A stretch of DNA of 64,000 nucleotides, from the NCBI GenBank assembly GCA_049303575.1, contig JBAQNH010000002.1, positions 444,541 to 508,540 on the forward strand. The letters are read 5' to 3'. Within the stretch, counting starts at the first letter, position 1; each line of letters opens with the position of its first letter. This DNA is from Microgenomates group bacterium (GTDB taxonomy: Bacteria; Patescibacteriota; Microgenomatia; UBA1400; MFAQ01). The position numbers were made by a program, and so were the translations under genes. Below the pieces are notes generated by a model. The model was given only the letters and a program-made list of their open reading frames with translations, had not been told where the DNA came from and made no database searches. Shown here in pieces: positions 27,859 through 38,384 of this stretch.

Positions 27859-29228
27859 TAATTATTATTGCCATTCTAGGGTTAATCCTGCGCCTTGTAC
27901 TCGCCAACCAAAGTTTTTGGTTGGACGAAGGTGCTTCTCTCATGGCCGCCCGTATTCCTCTTGCCCAGTTCTTCGAGTATCTCAAAGCCGACTTCCACCC
28001 ACCCCTTTATTATCTTTTCCTCAAACTTTGGTTACCTTTAGCCGGAAATACCGAGTGGCTCATTCGTCTTCCCGATATTCTCATCGGCACCGCCAGTATT
28101 TATCTCGTCTATCTTCTCAGCAAAAGTATTTTTGGCAATAACTCAAAACTCCCTCTCCTTATGGCCATTCTTCTGTCCCTAAACCCATTCCACATCTACT
28201 ACACTCAAGAACTTCGTATGTACAATTTTTCCACTTTCTTCGTTCTACTTTCTTGGTTGGCTCTCCTTAAAAATAAATATCTATTTGTCGGAATCGCCAA
28301 CTTCCTTAGTATTTTTACTTTTTATGGTGCCGGTTTCAACTTTGTTAGTCAGGGATTGTATCTTCTGTTTTCCAATCGAAAAAATATTTGGCGCTACCTC
28401 ACCTCATTTTTACCTACAGTTCTTGGATTTATTTTCTGGTGGCCAATATTTTCTATCCAGCTTTCAGGCGGGGACTTCATGCAAAATTCTCTACCTGGTT
28501 GGAATCTTCTCTCCGGATCGGCTACCGCCAAGTCATTTCTCTTGATACCAATCAAATTCATCATTGGTCGAGTCAATCTAGAGCCCCAGTCTCTCTACTT
28601 CGCTGTCGGTGGCTTACTTCTGGTTATCTTTTCTTGTTTAATTCTGCTTTCCCTCAAGGACAAAAAAAGTAAACCTCTCTGGTTTTTCTTTCTTACACCA
28701 TTAGTCTTAGCTACCCTCATTAGTTTTAAAACACCCATCCTTGGTTACTGGCGTTATCTTTTTCTTCTCCCTCCATTTTTAATGCTTCTGGCGGCTGGTG
28801 TCTGGCAGCTACCCCGTCGTCTCCGCACACTAGCCATCACTTTTATCAGTCTGGTTTTTGTTTCTGCAAATATCTATTTCTGGGTTTCGCCTCGCTTTCA
28901 AAGAGAGGACTGGCGTGGTTTTACTAGTATGATCAACGGCAAACAAGCCTTAGTCATTCTTCCTTTCTCCGGAGTCTTTGCTCCACTTACTTTCTACCAA
29001 ACCGACGCTTTTTACTACCCCGCCCAACAAAACCTAGGGAAAACCGACGCCGATATTAGTGCTAAGCTTTTGCCTCTGACAAAGAAATATCAAACTATTT
29101 ATGTTATGGAATATCTTTCCGACCTCTCCGATCCGAATCGTAAGATTCTCAATACGGTAAGGGAACTGAAGCAAAAAGAAAAAGCAGTCTATAATTTTAA
29201 TAATCTAGGCCAGGTATACGAGTTCTAG
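27855..29228 (+). CDS. GT-C fold glycosyltransferase, ArnT/PMT (GT39/GT83)-like
   Basis: FWLDEGASLMAARIPL is the DE-motif loop of ArnT/PMT-type enzymes, and the protein is polytopic. The track ORF starts at 27723; the ATG at 27855 gives an ATGA overlap. Confidence 0.6.
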   Translation: MIIIIAILGLILRLVLANQSFWLDEGASLMAARIPLAQFFEYLKADFHPPLYYLFLKLWLPLAGNTEWLIRLPDILIGTASIYLVYLLSKSIFGNNSKLPLLMAILLSLNPFHIYYTQELRMYNFSTFFVLLSWLALLKNKYLFVGIANFLSIFTFYGAGFNFVSQGLYLLFSNRKNIWRYLTSFLPTVLGFIFWWPIFSIQLSGGDFMQNSLPGWNLLSGSATAKSFLLIPIKFIIGRVNLEPQSLYFAVGGLLLVIFSCLILLSLKDKKSKPLWFFFLTPLVLATLISFKTPILGYWRYLFLLPPFLMLLAAGVWQLPRRLRTLAITFISLVFVSANIYFWVSPRFQREDWRGFTSMINGKQALVILPFSGVFAPLTFYQTDAFYYPAQQNLGKTDADISAKLLPLTKKYQTIYVMEYLSDLSDPNRKILNTVRELKQKEKAVYNFNNLGQVYEF

Positions 29229-29234
29229 AAACTT

Positions 29235-30335
29235 ATGAAAATTGCTATTGATATTTCTCAAGCCATTTATGGCACCGGTGTCTCTGTTTACACCAAGAAC
29301 CTCGCCGCTACCCTAATTAAACTCTATCCCGATGACCAGTTCATTCTCTTTGGCGGTTCCTTGCGTCGTAAACAGGAACTTATCTCTCTTGCCAAAAAAC
29401 TCAAAGGCACTCCCAAGATTTATCCTTTCCCCCCTACCTTCATGGACTTAATTTGGAACTCTCTCCATATTTTTCCGGTCGAAAAACTCATCGGCGAAGT
29501 CGACATCATCCACACCTCAGACTGGACCGAACCACCATCCAAACTCCCCAAGGTAACCACCGTTCACGACCTCATTCCCTTCAAGTTTCCTCACACAACG
29601 ACGGAGTCGATCAGAAATACCCACAAAAAACGCCTCGCCTGGGTTATGCGTGAATCAGACAAAATCATTGCCGTTAGTCAGTCCACCAAGGAAGATCTCA
29701 TTTCCATACTCAAGATTCCCGCAGACAAAATCGTTGTTATTTCCGAAGGGGTAGAGGATAGATACTCTCCACAATCCGTCGACATTCAAGAAATTATTAA
29801 AAATCGTTACAAAATCAATGAAGATTTTATTTTTACTCTTTCTACTCTTGAGCCGAGGAAAAATCAGGCAAGGCTTATCAAAGCTTTTCAGCTGGTTAAA
29901 AAAGACTATCCGAATCTCCAGTTAATCATTGGCGGCCGCACTGGCTGGGGTGAGATTCCGGAAGCCGTTGAGGGTGTTTCCATGCCCGGCTACATTCCTG
30001 ACTCTGATCTTCCTGGGCTCTACTCCGGCTGCCTCGCTTTTGTTCTCCCCAGTATTTATGAGGGTTTTGGGCTTTCACCTCTCCAGGCTATGGCTTGTGG
30101 AGCTCCCGTCGCCGTTAGTAATACTAGTAGCCTTCCAGAGGTAGTCGGTGAGGCTGGTGTTCTTTTTGACCCGGAGAGTGTAGAATCTATCGCGACTGGT
30201 ATAATTGAGGCTATCAAAAATAGAAGTAGGCTCAAAGAAAAAAGTCTCGCCCAAGCATCCAAATTCACCTGGGAAAAAACCGCCAAAGAAACCTACAGAG
30301 TCTACCAAGAAGTTCTGTCTAAAAATAATTTATGA
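29235..30335 (+). CDS. Glycosyltransferase family 4
   Basis: YEGFGLSPLQAMACGAPVAVSNTSSLPEV is the GT4 signature. Confidence 0.8.
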   Translation: MKIAIDISQAIYGTGVSVYTKNLAATLIKLYPDDQFILFGGSLRRKQELISLAKKLKGTPKIYPFPPTFMDLIWNSLHIFPVEKLIGEVDIIHTSDWTEPPSKLPKVTTVHDLIPFKFPHTTTESIRNTHKKRLAWVMRESDKIIAVSQSTKEDLISILKIPADKIVVISEGVEDRYSPQSVDIQEIIKNRYKINEDFIFTLSTLEPRKNQARLIKAFQLVKKDYPNLQLIIGGRTGWGEIPEAVEGVSMPGYIPDSDLPGLYSGCLAFVLPSIYEGFGLSPLQAMACGAPVAVSNTSSLPEVVGEAGVLFDPESVESIATGIIEAIKNRSRLKEKSLAQASKFTWEKTAKETYRVYQEVLSKNNL

Positions 30336-31447
30336 ACATCGGATTTGATATTAATGAAGCCAATATTCCCCAAAGAGTCGGCGTCAACCAAGTAGCCTAC
30401 AATATTTTTCTGCACCTAGCCAAACAAATCGCCGAAAACGACAAACTTTTTGCTCTTGGTAAAGAAAGACCTCTGCCGGACATGCCGGTAGGTAACGAAA
30501 AACTCACCTACGAGATTTTTGGTTCCAAAAAAGCTTGGGTTCTCACTAGTCTTACTAAAAGACTCTGGTTTGGCCAACCCAAGATCGATGTTTTATTTTC
30601 CCCTAGTCACTACACACCACTTTTTTCTCCCACAAAGACCGTTATTTATCTCATGGACATGAGTTTTGAACGCTTTGGCACCGAGTACTTCACCGACTAC
30701 GACATCAACCAACTTAAAAAATGGACTCCCTTGTCGGTTAAGAAAGCTAAAAAAGTCCTCACCATTTCCGAGTTTTCCAAAAGCGAGATTATGAAACTCT
30801 ACGGTACATCCTCGGACAAAATTGAAGTAGTTTACCCGGCTTTTGACAAAGAAATCTATCACGGTAAAGTTCCCAAAACTAAAATTGTTTCCGTCAAGAA
30901 AAAATACGGTATTGTCGGCAGCTATCTTCTTTACTGGGGAACCCTTCAACCCCGAAAAAATATTTCCCGTTTGATCGATGCCTTTGCCAAACTGGACAAG
31001 TCCCAACTCAAGCTCGTCATCGCCGGCAAAAAGGGTTGGCTCTACGATCAGATTCTCGAACAGTCAAAAAGACTTGGCATTGAAAACCGCGTTATCTTTA
31101 CCGGGTTTGCTCCCAACGATGACCTTCCCGCCCTCATCAAAGGCAGTCGTGCCTTTGTTCTCCCCAGTCTTTACGAAGGTTTTGGTATGCCTGCCGTTGA
31201 GGCTCAGGCTGTTGGTACCCCCATTGTTGTTTCCAGAGTCAGTAGTCTTCCCGAGGTAGCCGGATCATCCGCGCTTTACATCGAAGACCCCGAGTCTGTT
31301 GACAGTATTAAAACCGCCCTTGAACAGGTACTTGCACTTTCTATCGGTGAAAGGCTTAAACTGATTAAAGAGGGGAAGGAAAATACCAAGCGTTTTGACT
31401 GGGATATCTCCGCTCAAAAAATCTTAAATATATTAAAAACAGTATGA
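30332..31447 (+). CDS. Glycosyltransferase family 4
   Basis: [29 protein letters not shown] is the GT4 signature. ATGA overlap with the upstream gene. Confidence 0.8.
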   Translation: MNIGFDINEANIPQRVGVNQVAYNIFLHLAKQIAENDKLFALGKERPLPDMPVGNEKLTYEIFGSKKAWVLTSLTKRLWFGQPKIDVLFSPSHYTPLFSPTKTVIYLMDMSFERFGTEYFTDYDINQLKKWTPLSVKKAKKVLTISEFSKSEIMKLYGTSSDKIEVVYPAFDKEIYHGKVPKTKIVSVKKKYGIVGSYLLYWGTLQPRKNISRLIDAFAKLDKSQLKLVIAGKKGWLYDQILEQSKRLGIENRVIFTGFAPNDDLPALIKGSRAFVLPSLYEGFGMPAVEAQAVGTPIVVSRVSSLPEVAGSSALYIEDPESVDSIKTALEQVLALSIGERLKLIKEGKENTKRFDWDISAQKILNILKTV

Positions 31448-32079
31448 AAATAAGTAACCTCAATATTGGCTCGGACGGTATACAGTTTGTTGACAAAGAT
31501 GGAAACAGACTCGAGACCTCCAAGGCCATTGGTAAAATTACCAATCGTTTCGGAAGTTTCTTTCTTGACCTCTGGCTACTTAAACTTACCTGCGTTGGCC
31601 ACGTCCCATTTCATGGGTATAGAAACTTTTTCTACCGCCTTTCCGGTATCAAAATGGGCAAAGGTTCTACTTTCCATATGGGAGCTAGATTCTTCCTCCC
31701 TAAAAATATTGAGATTGGGGAGGGGACCATCGTCGGTGATCACGCTTTCTTTGACGGCCGCGCCAAAATAAAAATCGGTAAACAAGTTGATATCGCCTCT
31801 CAGGTAATGATCTACAACTCCGAACATGATCTGTCAGATCCTACTTTCAAAGCCATCGAAGAGCCTGTCACCATTGGTGACTACGTTTTTATCGGACCTC
31901 GCGTCATCATCATGCCGGGAGTTAATGTTGGCAACGGTGCCGTCATTGCCGGTGGAGCAGTTGTTACCAAAGACGTCCCAGAAAACACCATTGTTGGTGG
32001 CGTTCCTGCAAAAGAAATTGGACAAAGACCCCTCAAAGTCCAAAATTACAAACTGGGCAGAGCCAGGCTATTTCAATGA
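31444..32079 (+). CDS. Hexapeptide-repeat (LbH) sugar O-acetyltransferase, WcaF/maltose acetyltransferase-like
   Basis: Repeated [LIV]GxxxxI hexapeptides, e.g. [13 protein letters not shown]...[25 protein letters not shown]. Confidence 0.75.
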   Translation: MKISNLNIGSDGIQFVDKDGNRLETSKAIGKITNRFGSFFLDLWLLKLTCVGHVPFHGYRNFFYRLSGIKMGKGSTFHMGARFFLPKNIEIGEGTIVGDHAFFDGRAKIKIGKQVDIASQVMIYNSEHDLSDPTFKAIEEPVTIGDYVFIGPRVIIMPGVNVGNGAVIAGGAVVTKDVPENTIVGGVPAKEIGQRPLKVQNYKLGRARLFQ

Positions 32080-32633
32080 AACTAAAGTATCTTTTAGTCG
32101 GAGCGATCTACCTTCTTGGTTTTGTTTATCTCACCTTACCTACACCGGAAACTCCCGAGCTTTCGCAAGCGGTACGTTCTAACGAGCCCGGCGACACCTG
32201 GCAAAACCCCGATCAAAAAGGTTTTTACACCGACTCCAATAGAGCCCAGGTGATAGGGGAGATGCAGTCAAAATACTCTCTCCAATTTAACGGCTACCCC
32301 CTTCCTTCATACAGACTTAACTACCGTCCCGAAGAAGCCTTTGAAATGGTTCGGGATCAGCTTAATAGTTACTATCTTGAAGAAATTGTTTACCCCCTAA
32401 GAAACTCTCTTTTTGTTAACGGCTGGGAACCGATTCACTCTCCTCGATACGCCGACCGAGAACTCAAAGAAATCCCCATGATTTCTTTCAATGGAATTCC
32501 CTACATCAGCAAGGTCACTCTTAAGCCGGTCAACTCACCAGTCTGGGCGCGTCTTTTAATTTGGACTCTCATCTTTCCGGCTAGTTACTTAGTTTATTTT
32601 TCCTTTAAAAAATCCTTAGACAAAAATGTCTAA
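32076..32633 (+). CDS. Hypothetical bitopic membrane protein
   Basis: N-terminal and C-terminal TM segments flank a ~120 aa hydrophilic domain. No recognisable motif. Confidence 0.35.
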   Translation: MKLKYLLVGAIYLLGFVYLTLPTPETPELSQAVRSNEPGDTWQNPDQKGFYTDSNRAQVIGEMQSKYSLQFNGYPLPSYRLNYRPEEAFEMVRDQLNSYYLEEIVYPLRNSLFVNGWEPIHSPRYADRELKEIPMISFNGIPYISKVTLKPVNSPVWARLLIWTLIFPASYLVYFSFKKSLDKNV

Positions 32634-33534
32634 ACTCGATCTGTCCATCATCATCGTTTCCTTCAATACTAAGGAAATTCTCACCGACTGTGTTAAATCC
32701 ATTGTCAAATACACCAAAGGCATCGACTACGAAATTATCATCGTTGACAACGACTCCAAAGATGGTTCACTTGAGCGAATCAAAGAACTCGAAAAACAAT
32801 ATCCCCAAATTAATCTCATCGATGCTCAAGCCAATCTTGGTTTCGGCAAAGCCAACAATCTGGGTGCTAAAAAAGCCAAAGGGGAGTACTTACTCCTACT
32901 AAACTCCGACACTCTCATTTTTGATAACGCCATCAAAGAGTCCCTCGAAAGTCTGAAGAAAATTCCCAGTGCCGGAGTCTACTCTTGCAGACTTCTAAAT
33001 TCCGATAAAACAGTTCAGGCATCGGGTGGTCACTTTCCCAACTTCGGCAATGTTTTTGCCTGGCAGTTTTTTATCGACGACCTTCCCTTTATTGGTAACC
33101 TAATCCCCTCCTTCCACCCCCAGGTTTCCTCATATAACCGTAACAAACAAATGGACTGGGTCACCGGAGCATTTATGCTTATTCCCAAAAATGTTTTTGA
33201 CGAAGCAAATGGTTTTGACGAAAACATTTTTATGTATACCGAAGAGATGGAACTTTGCTACCGTCTTAAAAAACTGGGTTACCAAACTATTTACCAAATT
33301 TCCCCATCCATCATTCATCTCGGGGGAGCATCAGGTGGTTCTGTCCTTGCTCTGACTAGCGAAATCAAAAACATGCTTTACTTCTGGAAGAAGCATAAAC
33401 CAAGCTGGCAGCTTTTCTTCATCAAATCCTTCTTCTTTATTGGTTCATTGCTTCGTCTATTAATATTTGGGATAATCAAAGGAGATGAAAAAGCCCGCCG
33501 TGCCTATACACAAGCTCTTGGACTCATTATTTAA
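32626..33534 (+). CDS. Glycosyltransferase family 2 (rhamnosyl/galactosyl-transferase type)
   Basis: LSIIIVSFNTKEIL and YEIIIVDNDSKDGS are present, with a C-terminal EEMELCYRL (ED-motif region). Confidence 0.75.
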   Translation: MSKLDLSIIIVSFNTKEILTDCVKSIVKYTKGIDYEIIIVDNDSKDGSLERIKELEKQYPQINLIDAQANLGFGKANNLGAKKAKGEYLLLLNSDTLIFDNAIKESLESLKKIPSAGVYSCRLLNSDKTVQASGGHFPNFGNVFAWQFFIDDLPFIGNLIPSFHPQVSSYNRNKQMDWVTGAFMLIPKNVFDEANGFDENIFMYTEEMELCYRLKKLGYQTIYQISPSIIHLGGASGGSVLALTSEIKNMLYFWKKHKPSWQLFFIKSFFFIGSLLRLLIFGIIKGDEKARRAYTQALGLII

Positions 33535-34840
33535 GTACGCCTTAGCTGCTGTTCTGGTATTTATTCCACTTTACCCAAAGTTTCCTCTTTTTATACTTCC
33601 TTTTACCTACGTGCAGATTAGAGCCGAAGATTTTTTGATCGCCGCAGTTTGGGGAATCTTCTTTCTCCGTTTATTGTTTACCCGCAAGTTCAAGTTTCCG
33701 CCCTTATCACTGCAAATCGGAATTTTCTTCGTCATAGGTTTACTTTCCGCCATCTCGGCTATTCTAATCACCAAAAATGTTATCCCTACGGCAGTCCTAC
33801 TTCACTACTTCCGCCGGGTTGAATATCTCTCTATCTTTTTCCTAGTCTATGCCGCTGTTGACTCGGCTCAAACTCGCCGCTACTTCTTAGAGCTCGCCAT
33901 TCTCCCCGTTATCGGTGTCTTTTTCTATGGACTGGCCCAGATGTATCTTGGTGCTCCAGTTATTTCCACCATGAACGTCGAGTCCAGCAAGGGAGCAGCC
34001 CTCACTCTCCGCCCTGGTGTGCCTCTCTCTAGTACTTTTGCCGGTCACTACGATCTAGCAGTCTATCTCACCATGATGCTCACCTTCTTTACCGGACTAC
34101 TTTGTTCTCTCAAAAGCCGATTTAAATTGATTCTTTCCTTCGTTGCTTTCCTCGCCACTCTTTGGCTTTTTATGCAAGCCGGTTCCCGTATCGGTCTCTT
34201 GGGTCTATTCTTGTCCATCTCTCTGGTTAGTTTCCTTTACAAAAAATATCTTATCGGAGCCGTTTTGATTATCACTATGTTTGCCTTTATCGCCACCTCG
34301 CCCGGATACATCGACCGCTTCAAGTCCATCATCAACATCTTCACCGCCAAGATGAGTCAAGTATTTACGCCATCGGTTTACGCCGTCTCCGTTACTCCTA
34401 CACCTACTATTACCATCGCTCCAACTCCAACTCCGACACCGGAACCGCTTCGTGCCCTCCAACAAGACACTAGCACCAGTATCCGTTTTGATGTTGAGTG
34501 GCCTCGCGCTCTACGCTCTTTCTACAAAAATCCTTTCCTGGGAACCGGTTATTCTTCCATTACTCTTTCCACCGACAACGACTATCTTCGTGCTCTTGGG
34601 GAAACAGGTCTTCTTGGATTCCTTGCCTTCGTTTCCATAATTCTTGGCCTCTTCATTAAATTAATTAAAAACTTAAAGAACGTTGTTGGCCAAGACAAAC
34701 TACTGACCATCTCTGCTCTGGGAATTCTCGTCGCTTTTGCGACCACCGCCATCTTCCTTGACGTTTTCGAGTCCAGTAAAATTGCCATTCTCTTCTGGGC
34801 TTTCATGGGACTGGCCTTAAGTACCAACAAAAACAGTTAA
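33485..34840 (+). CDS. O-antigen ligase/polymerase family (Wzy_C-like) membrane protein with PT-rich linker
   Basis: Polytopic. The C-terminal GTGYSSITLSTDNDYLRALGETGLLGFLAF matches the O-antigen-ligase motif (GxG...NxYL..l.E.G..G). A PTPTITIAPTPTPTPEP linker is present. The start is uncertain because it overlaps the upstream gene. Confidence 0.6.
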   Translation: MKKPAVPIHKLLDSLFKYALAAVLVFIPLYPKFPLFILPFTYVQIRAEDFLIAAVWGIFFLRLLFTRKFKFPPLSLQIGIFFVIGLLSAISAILITKNVIPTAVLLHYFRRVEYLSIFFLVYAAVDSAQTRRYFLELAILPVIGVFFYGLAQMYLGAPVISTMNVESSKGAALTLRPGVPLSSTFAGHYDLAVYLTMMLTFFTGLLCSLKSRFKLILSFVAFLATLWLFMQAGSRIGLLGLFLSISLVSFLYKKYLIGAVLIITMFAFIATSPGYIDRFKSIINIFTAKMSQVFTPSVYAVSVTPTPTITIAPTPTPTPEPLRALQQDTSTSIRFDVEWPRALRSFYKNPFLGTGYSSITLSTDNDYLRALGETGLLGFLAFVSIILGLFIKLIKNLKNVVGQDKLLTISALGILVAFATTAIFLDVFESSKIAILFWAFMGLALSTNKNS

Positions 34841-34841
34841 T

Positions 34842-36269
34842 ATGCGCAAAATAGATTTTTTGATTGCCCTAATCATCACCGTTATTTGCTTTACGGTCAG
34901 ACTTTACAAGATCGACAATCCCATCGCCGATCAACACTCCTTCCGTCAAGCCGACACCGCTGCTGTTGCCCGAAACTTTATCAAGGAAGGTTTTAATCCG
35001 CTTTTTCCCCAGTCCGACAGTTTTACGGCACTTAGTGAAACTCAGATTCCTAACCCCAAGCGTTACTTTATCAACGAGTTTCCTCTTTACAACTCCATTG
35101 TTGCCCTCGTTTATTACTTCAAAGGAATTAATCCAATCTATGCTCGTCTTGTCAGTATCTTTTTTGCCTCTCTCGGTACTTTCTTCCTTTATTTGATCGG
35201 CAAAAAACTATTCAGTACTAAAGTTGCTGCTCTGGCGGCACTTTTTTATGCTGTTTTACCTTTCAATATCTACTATGGCCGGGTAATTATGCCGGATCCT
35301 ACCTTTATTAGTTTCTCCATCATTTCTTTTTATCTCCTCCTTCGTTTTGTGGACAAACCAAACTTTTTAAGAGGAATTCTCTTTTCTCTGGCCTTCGCTC
35401 TTGCCATGCTCGTCAAACCCTACGCCATTTTCCTTTTTATCCCCTTCGTTTACTGGGTCATAGCGAACCACGGGTTGGGATCACTCAAAAAACCCATGTT
35501 CTATCTTGCCCCAGTGATCGCCATAACTCCACTTCTTCTCTGGCGCTACCACGCCTCACTTTACCCGGAAGGTATTTTTTACTCTTCCTGGCTTCTGAAT
35601 AAATACGACATTAGATTTACCGGAGCTTTTTTCCGCTGGCTAATTTTTGACAGAATGAATCGTCTTATTTTTGCGACCGGAGGTTTTGTCTTATTCTTCT
35701 TCGGTCTGGTGCACTCTCTGCTCTCCAAAAAAGGTTGGCTCATGGTCTCTTGGCTTTTAAGTGTTCTTGCCTACTTCACTGTTTTTGCCGCCGGTAATGT
35801 TCAACATGATTACTACCAGTTACCCATCATGCCAGTTGGCGCTCTTCTTGTCTCTCTCGGTTTCTTTGCCATAATCGACAATGGTAAAAATATTTTTCAA
35901 AAACTCTCTCTGGGAGTTCTCGCTTCGACCCTCATTGTGATTTCCCTTGCCTTTGGTTGGTACGAAGTCCGCGGCTTTTTCAACGTTAACGACTGGAACA
36001 TGGTCGAAGCCGGAAAAAGAGTTGATGAAATTACTCCCCTGGATGCCCTCGTCATTGCTCCTTACCAAACCAACCCGGCCTTCTTGTACCAAACCAACCG
36101 CCATGGCTGGACAATGGGCTATGATATAGAGAAGAAAATTGCCGAAGGGGCCACCTATTATGTCTCAACGAGCTATGATGATGAAGCCAGGGGACTGGAA
36201 AAGAAATATACTCTGGTAGAAAAAAACGACAAATACATCATTATCAAATTGACGGAAACAAAAAAATGA
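34842..36269 (+). CDS. GT-C fold glycosyltransferase, ArnT/PMT (GT39)-like
   Basis: The N-terminal first-loop RQADTAAVARNFIKEG and the polytopic profile over 475 aa are family-typical. Confidence 0.55.
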   Translation: MRKIDFLIALIITVICFTVRLYKIDNPIADQHSFRQADTAAVARNFIKEGFNPLFPQSDSFTALSETQIPNPKRYFINEFPLYNSIVALVYYFKGINPIYARLVSIFFASLGTFFLYLIGKKLFSTKVAALAALFYAVLPFNIYYGRVIMPDPTFISFSIISFYLLLRFVDKPNFLRGILFSLAFALAMLVKPYAIFLFIPFVYWVIANHGLGSLKKPMFYLAPVIAITPLLLWRYHASLYPEGIFYSSWLLNKYDIRFTGAFFRWLIFDRMNRLIFATGGFVLFFFGLVHSLLSKKGWLMVSWLLSVLAYFTVFAAGNVQHDYYQLPIMPVGALLVSLGFFAIIDNGKNIFQKLSLGVLASTLIVISLAFGWYEVRGFFNVNDWNMVEAGKRVDEITPLDALVIAPYQTNPAFLYQTNRHGWTMGYDIEKKIAEGATYYVSTSYDDEARGLEKKYTLVEKNDKYIIIKLTETKK

Positions 36270-37474
36270 AAATATTAATGCTCACTCCATATCTTCCATA
36301 CCCCGACTCTTCCGGTGGGCAGATTAGAACTCTTAACCTGCTCAAATATCTCTGTAAAAATAACGAAATAACCCTCGTTTCCTTAATAAAAAACGAAAAA
36401 GAAAACGAAAACATCAAACACCTTCTCAAATACTGCAAAAAGGTGATTACTTTCCCCCGAAGCTCTACCCCTTGGACCTTAAACAACATCCTCCGCACTG
36501 GTTTCTCTCTCGACCCTTTCCTGATTGTCCGAAACTCCGCCCCCGGAGTCAAAGAGGCTGTTACCAAAGAGTTGGAAAAAGGGGACTACGATTTAATTCA
36601 CGCCGAGACTTTTTACGTGATGCCTTCGCTTCCCAAAACCAATATTCCTACCATTCTTGTCGACCAAACCATCGAGTACCTCGTCTATCAACACTATGTC
36701 AATGAAACCGCACCCTGGTTCCTTCGCCCTCTACTTCAAATTGATGTGGAAAAACTCAAACACTCCGAACGTTTTTACTGGCGCCAAGCCAGTCAGGTAA
36801 TTGCCGTTTCCGTCGCCGACAAAAACGAAATGAACAAACTAGAACCGGATCTTTCTGTTGAAATAGTTCCTAACGGTGTTAACCTCGACCTTTTTCAAAA
36901 GAAAACCAGCTGGAGCTCCAAAGAACCAACCATTCTTTTTGTCAGTAACTTTAAATGGCTCCAAAACATCGAAGCTGCTCATGTTCTCATTAAAAAAGTC
37001 TTCCCCCTAGTTCAAAAAAGTCTTCCCCAATCCAAACTACTCATACTCGGTCAGCACATCACTGAGGATATTAAACAAAGTGCCATTGGTAAAAAAGGAG
37101 TTACCGTCACCCAGATTGCTGATGACGATGTCGATAGTCTCGTCAGGGCATATCATGACTCTTCCGTCTTTGCCTCAACTATCAAGGGACCGGGAGGAAC
37201 TCGTCTCAAAAACTTAGCCGCCATGGCCAGTCAGTTACCCATTGTCTCCACCAAAGTCGGTGTTGAAGGGCTTAAGGTCAAAGACAATATTCACGTTCTC
37301 ATCGGTAACACTCCGGAAAAAATCGCCGATCTCATTATTAAAGTCATCAAGACACCCTCTCTCGCCGAAAAGCTGGCCCTTACTACCCGTCGTCATGTCG
37401 AAGAAAACTTTGACTGGCGTAAGATAGCTAAGAGTCTTGATGCTATTTATCAGAAACTCGGTAAAAATGAGTAA
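36266..37474 (+). CDS. Glycosyltransferase family 4
   Basis: [29 protein letters not shown] is a GT4 N-terminal domain; the C-terminal domain is GT-B. ATGA overlap with the upstream gene. Confidence 0.75.
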   Translation: MKILMLTPYLPYPDSSGGQIRTLNLLKYLCKNNEITLVSLIKNEKENENIKHLLKYCKKVITFPRSSTPWTLNNILRTGFSLDPFLIVRNSAPGVKEAVTKELEKGDYDLIHAETFYVMPSLPKTNIPTILVDQTIEYLVYQHYVNETAPWFLRPLLQIDVEKLKHSERFYWRQASQVIAVSVADKNEMNKLEPDLSVEIVPNGVNLDLFQKKTSWSSKEPTILFVSNFKWLQNIEAAHVLIKKVFPLVQKSLPQSKLLILGQHITEDIKQSAIGKKGVTVTQIADDDVDSLVRAYHDSSVFASTIKGPGGTRLKNLAAMASQLPIVSTKVGVEGLKVKDNIHVLIGNTPEKIADLIIKVIKTPSLAEKLALTTRRHVEENFDWRKIAKSLDAIYQKLGKNE

Positions 37475-38384
37475 ATTCAAAAACGATTTAGCCATTGTTA
37501 TCGTCAACTACAACACTCGTCAACTTCTCGACGACTGTTTGGAATCAATCTATCGTGCCGACTCACCCAGCGGAGGACTTCAAGTTATTGTGGTCGATAA
37601 TGCTTCAGTCGATGATTCTATGGACATGGTCTCCAAAAAGTACCCCGGAGTCATTGTCATTAAAAACTCGGAAAATTTAGGTTTTGCCAAAGCTAATAAC
37701 ATCGGTGTCAACGCCGCAGACGCCCGCTATATTCTTTTCTTGAACTCTGACACAGTTATCAAGCGATACAGTCTTGTGAAGCCCTTAAAATACCTCAAGA
37801 CACATCCCCGCGTCGGTGCCGTCACCATCAAGCTTTATCTCAAAGACGGTAGCATCGACTATGACAACCATCGTGGTTATCCTACCCCTTGGAATTCCAT
37901 TTCCAAATTCCTCGGACTGGCTAAACTTTTTCCCGGATCCACTTTCTTTAATGGCTATCACCTAGGGTTCCGCAAGCTGGACAAGATTCATCAAATTCCC
38001 GTTGCTGCTGGTTCATATTTGATGATGCCAACCAAACTTTTCAAGGATATCGGCATGTGGGACGAAACTTATTTCTTCTACGGAGAAGATATCGATCTCT
38101 GTTACCGCATCAATGAAGCCGGTTTCAAAATTATCTACTATCCTAAAGTCAGCACCCTTCATCTTCGTGGAGCAAGCTCTGGTCTGCGCAAAGAAAACGC
38201 CAAAACAGCCGTCTCCGACAAAGCCAACAAAATTAAGATTGCCAAGGCTTCCGCAAAAGCCTGGAAGATCTTTTATCAGAAGTTTTACAGCAAACGTTAT
38301 CCCTTTTTCGTCACCGCTTTAGTTCTTGCCGGAATGGCAATAAAGGGCAGGCTTCGAGTTTGGAAATATCAATTAGGTAAATAA
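37467..38384 (+). CDS. Glycosyltransferase family 2
   Basis: [28 protein letters not shown] and [10 protein letters not shown] are present. The track ORF starts at 37437; the ATG at 37467 is more plausible. Confidence 0.75.
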   Translation: MSKFKNDLAIVIVNYNTRQLLDDCLESIYRADSPSGGLQVIVVDNASVDDSMDMVSKKYPGVIVIKNSENLGFAKANNIGVNAADARYILFLNSDTVIKRYSLVKPLKYLKTHPRVGAVTIKLYLKDGSIDYDNHRGYPTPWNSISKFLGLAKLFPGSTFFNGYHLGFRKLDKIHQIPVAAGSYLMMPTKLFKDIGMWDETYFFYGEDIDLCYRINEAGFKIIYYPKVSTLHLRGASSGLRKENAKTAVSDKANKIKIAKASAKAWKIFYQKFYSKRYPFFVTALVLAGMAIKGRLRVWKYQLGK

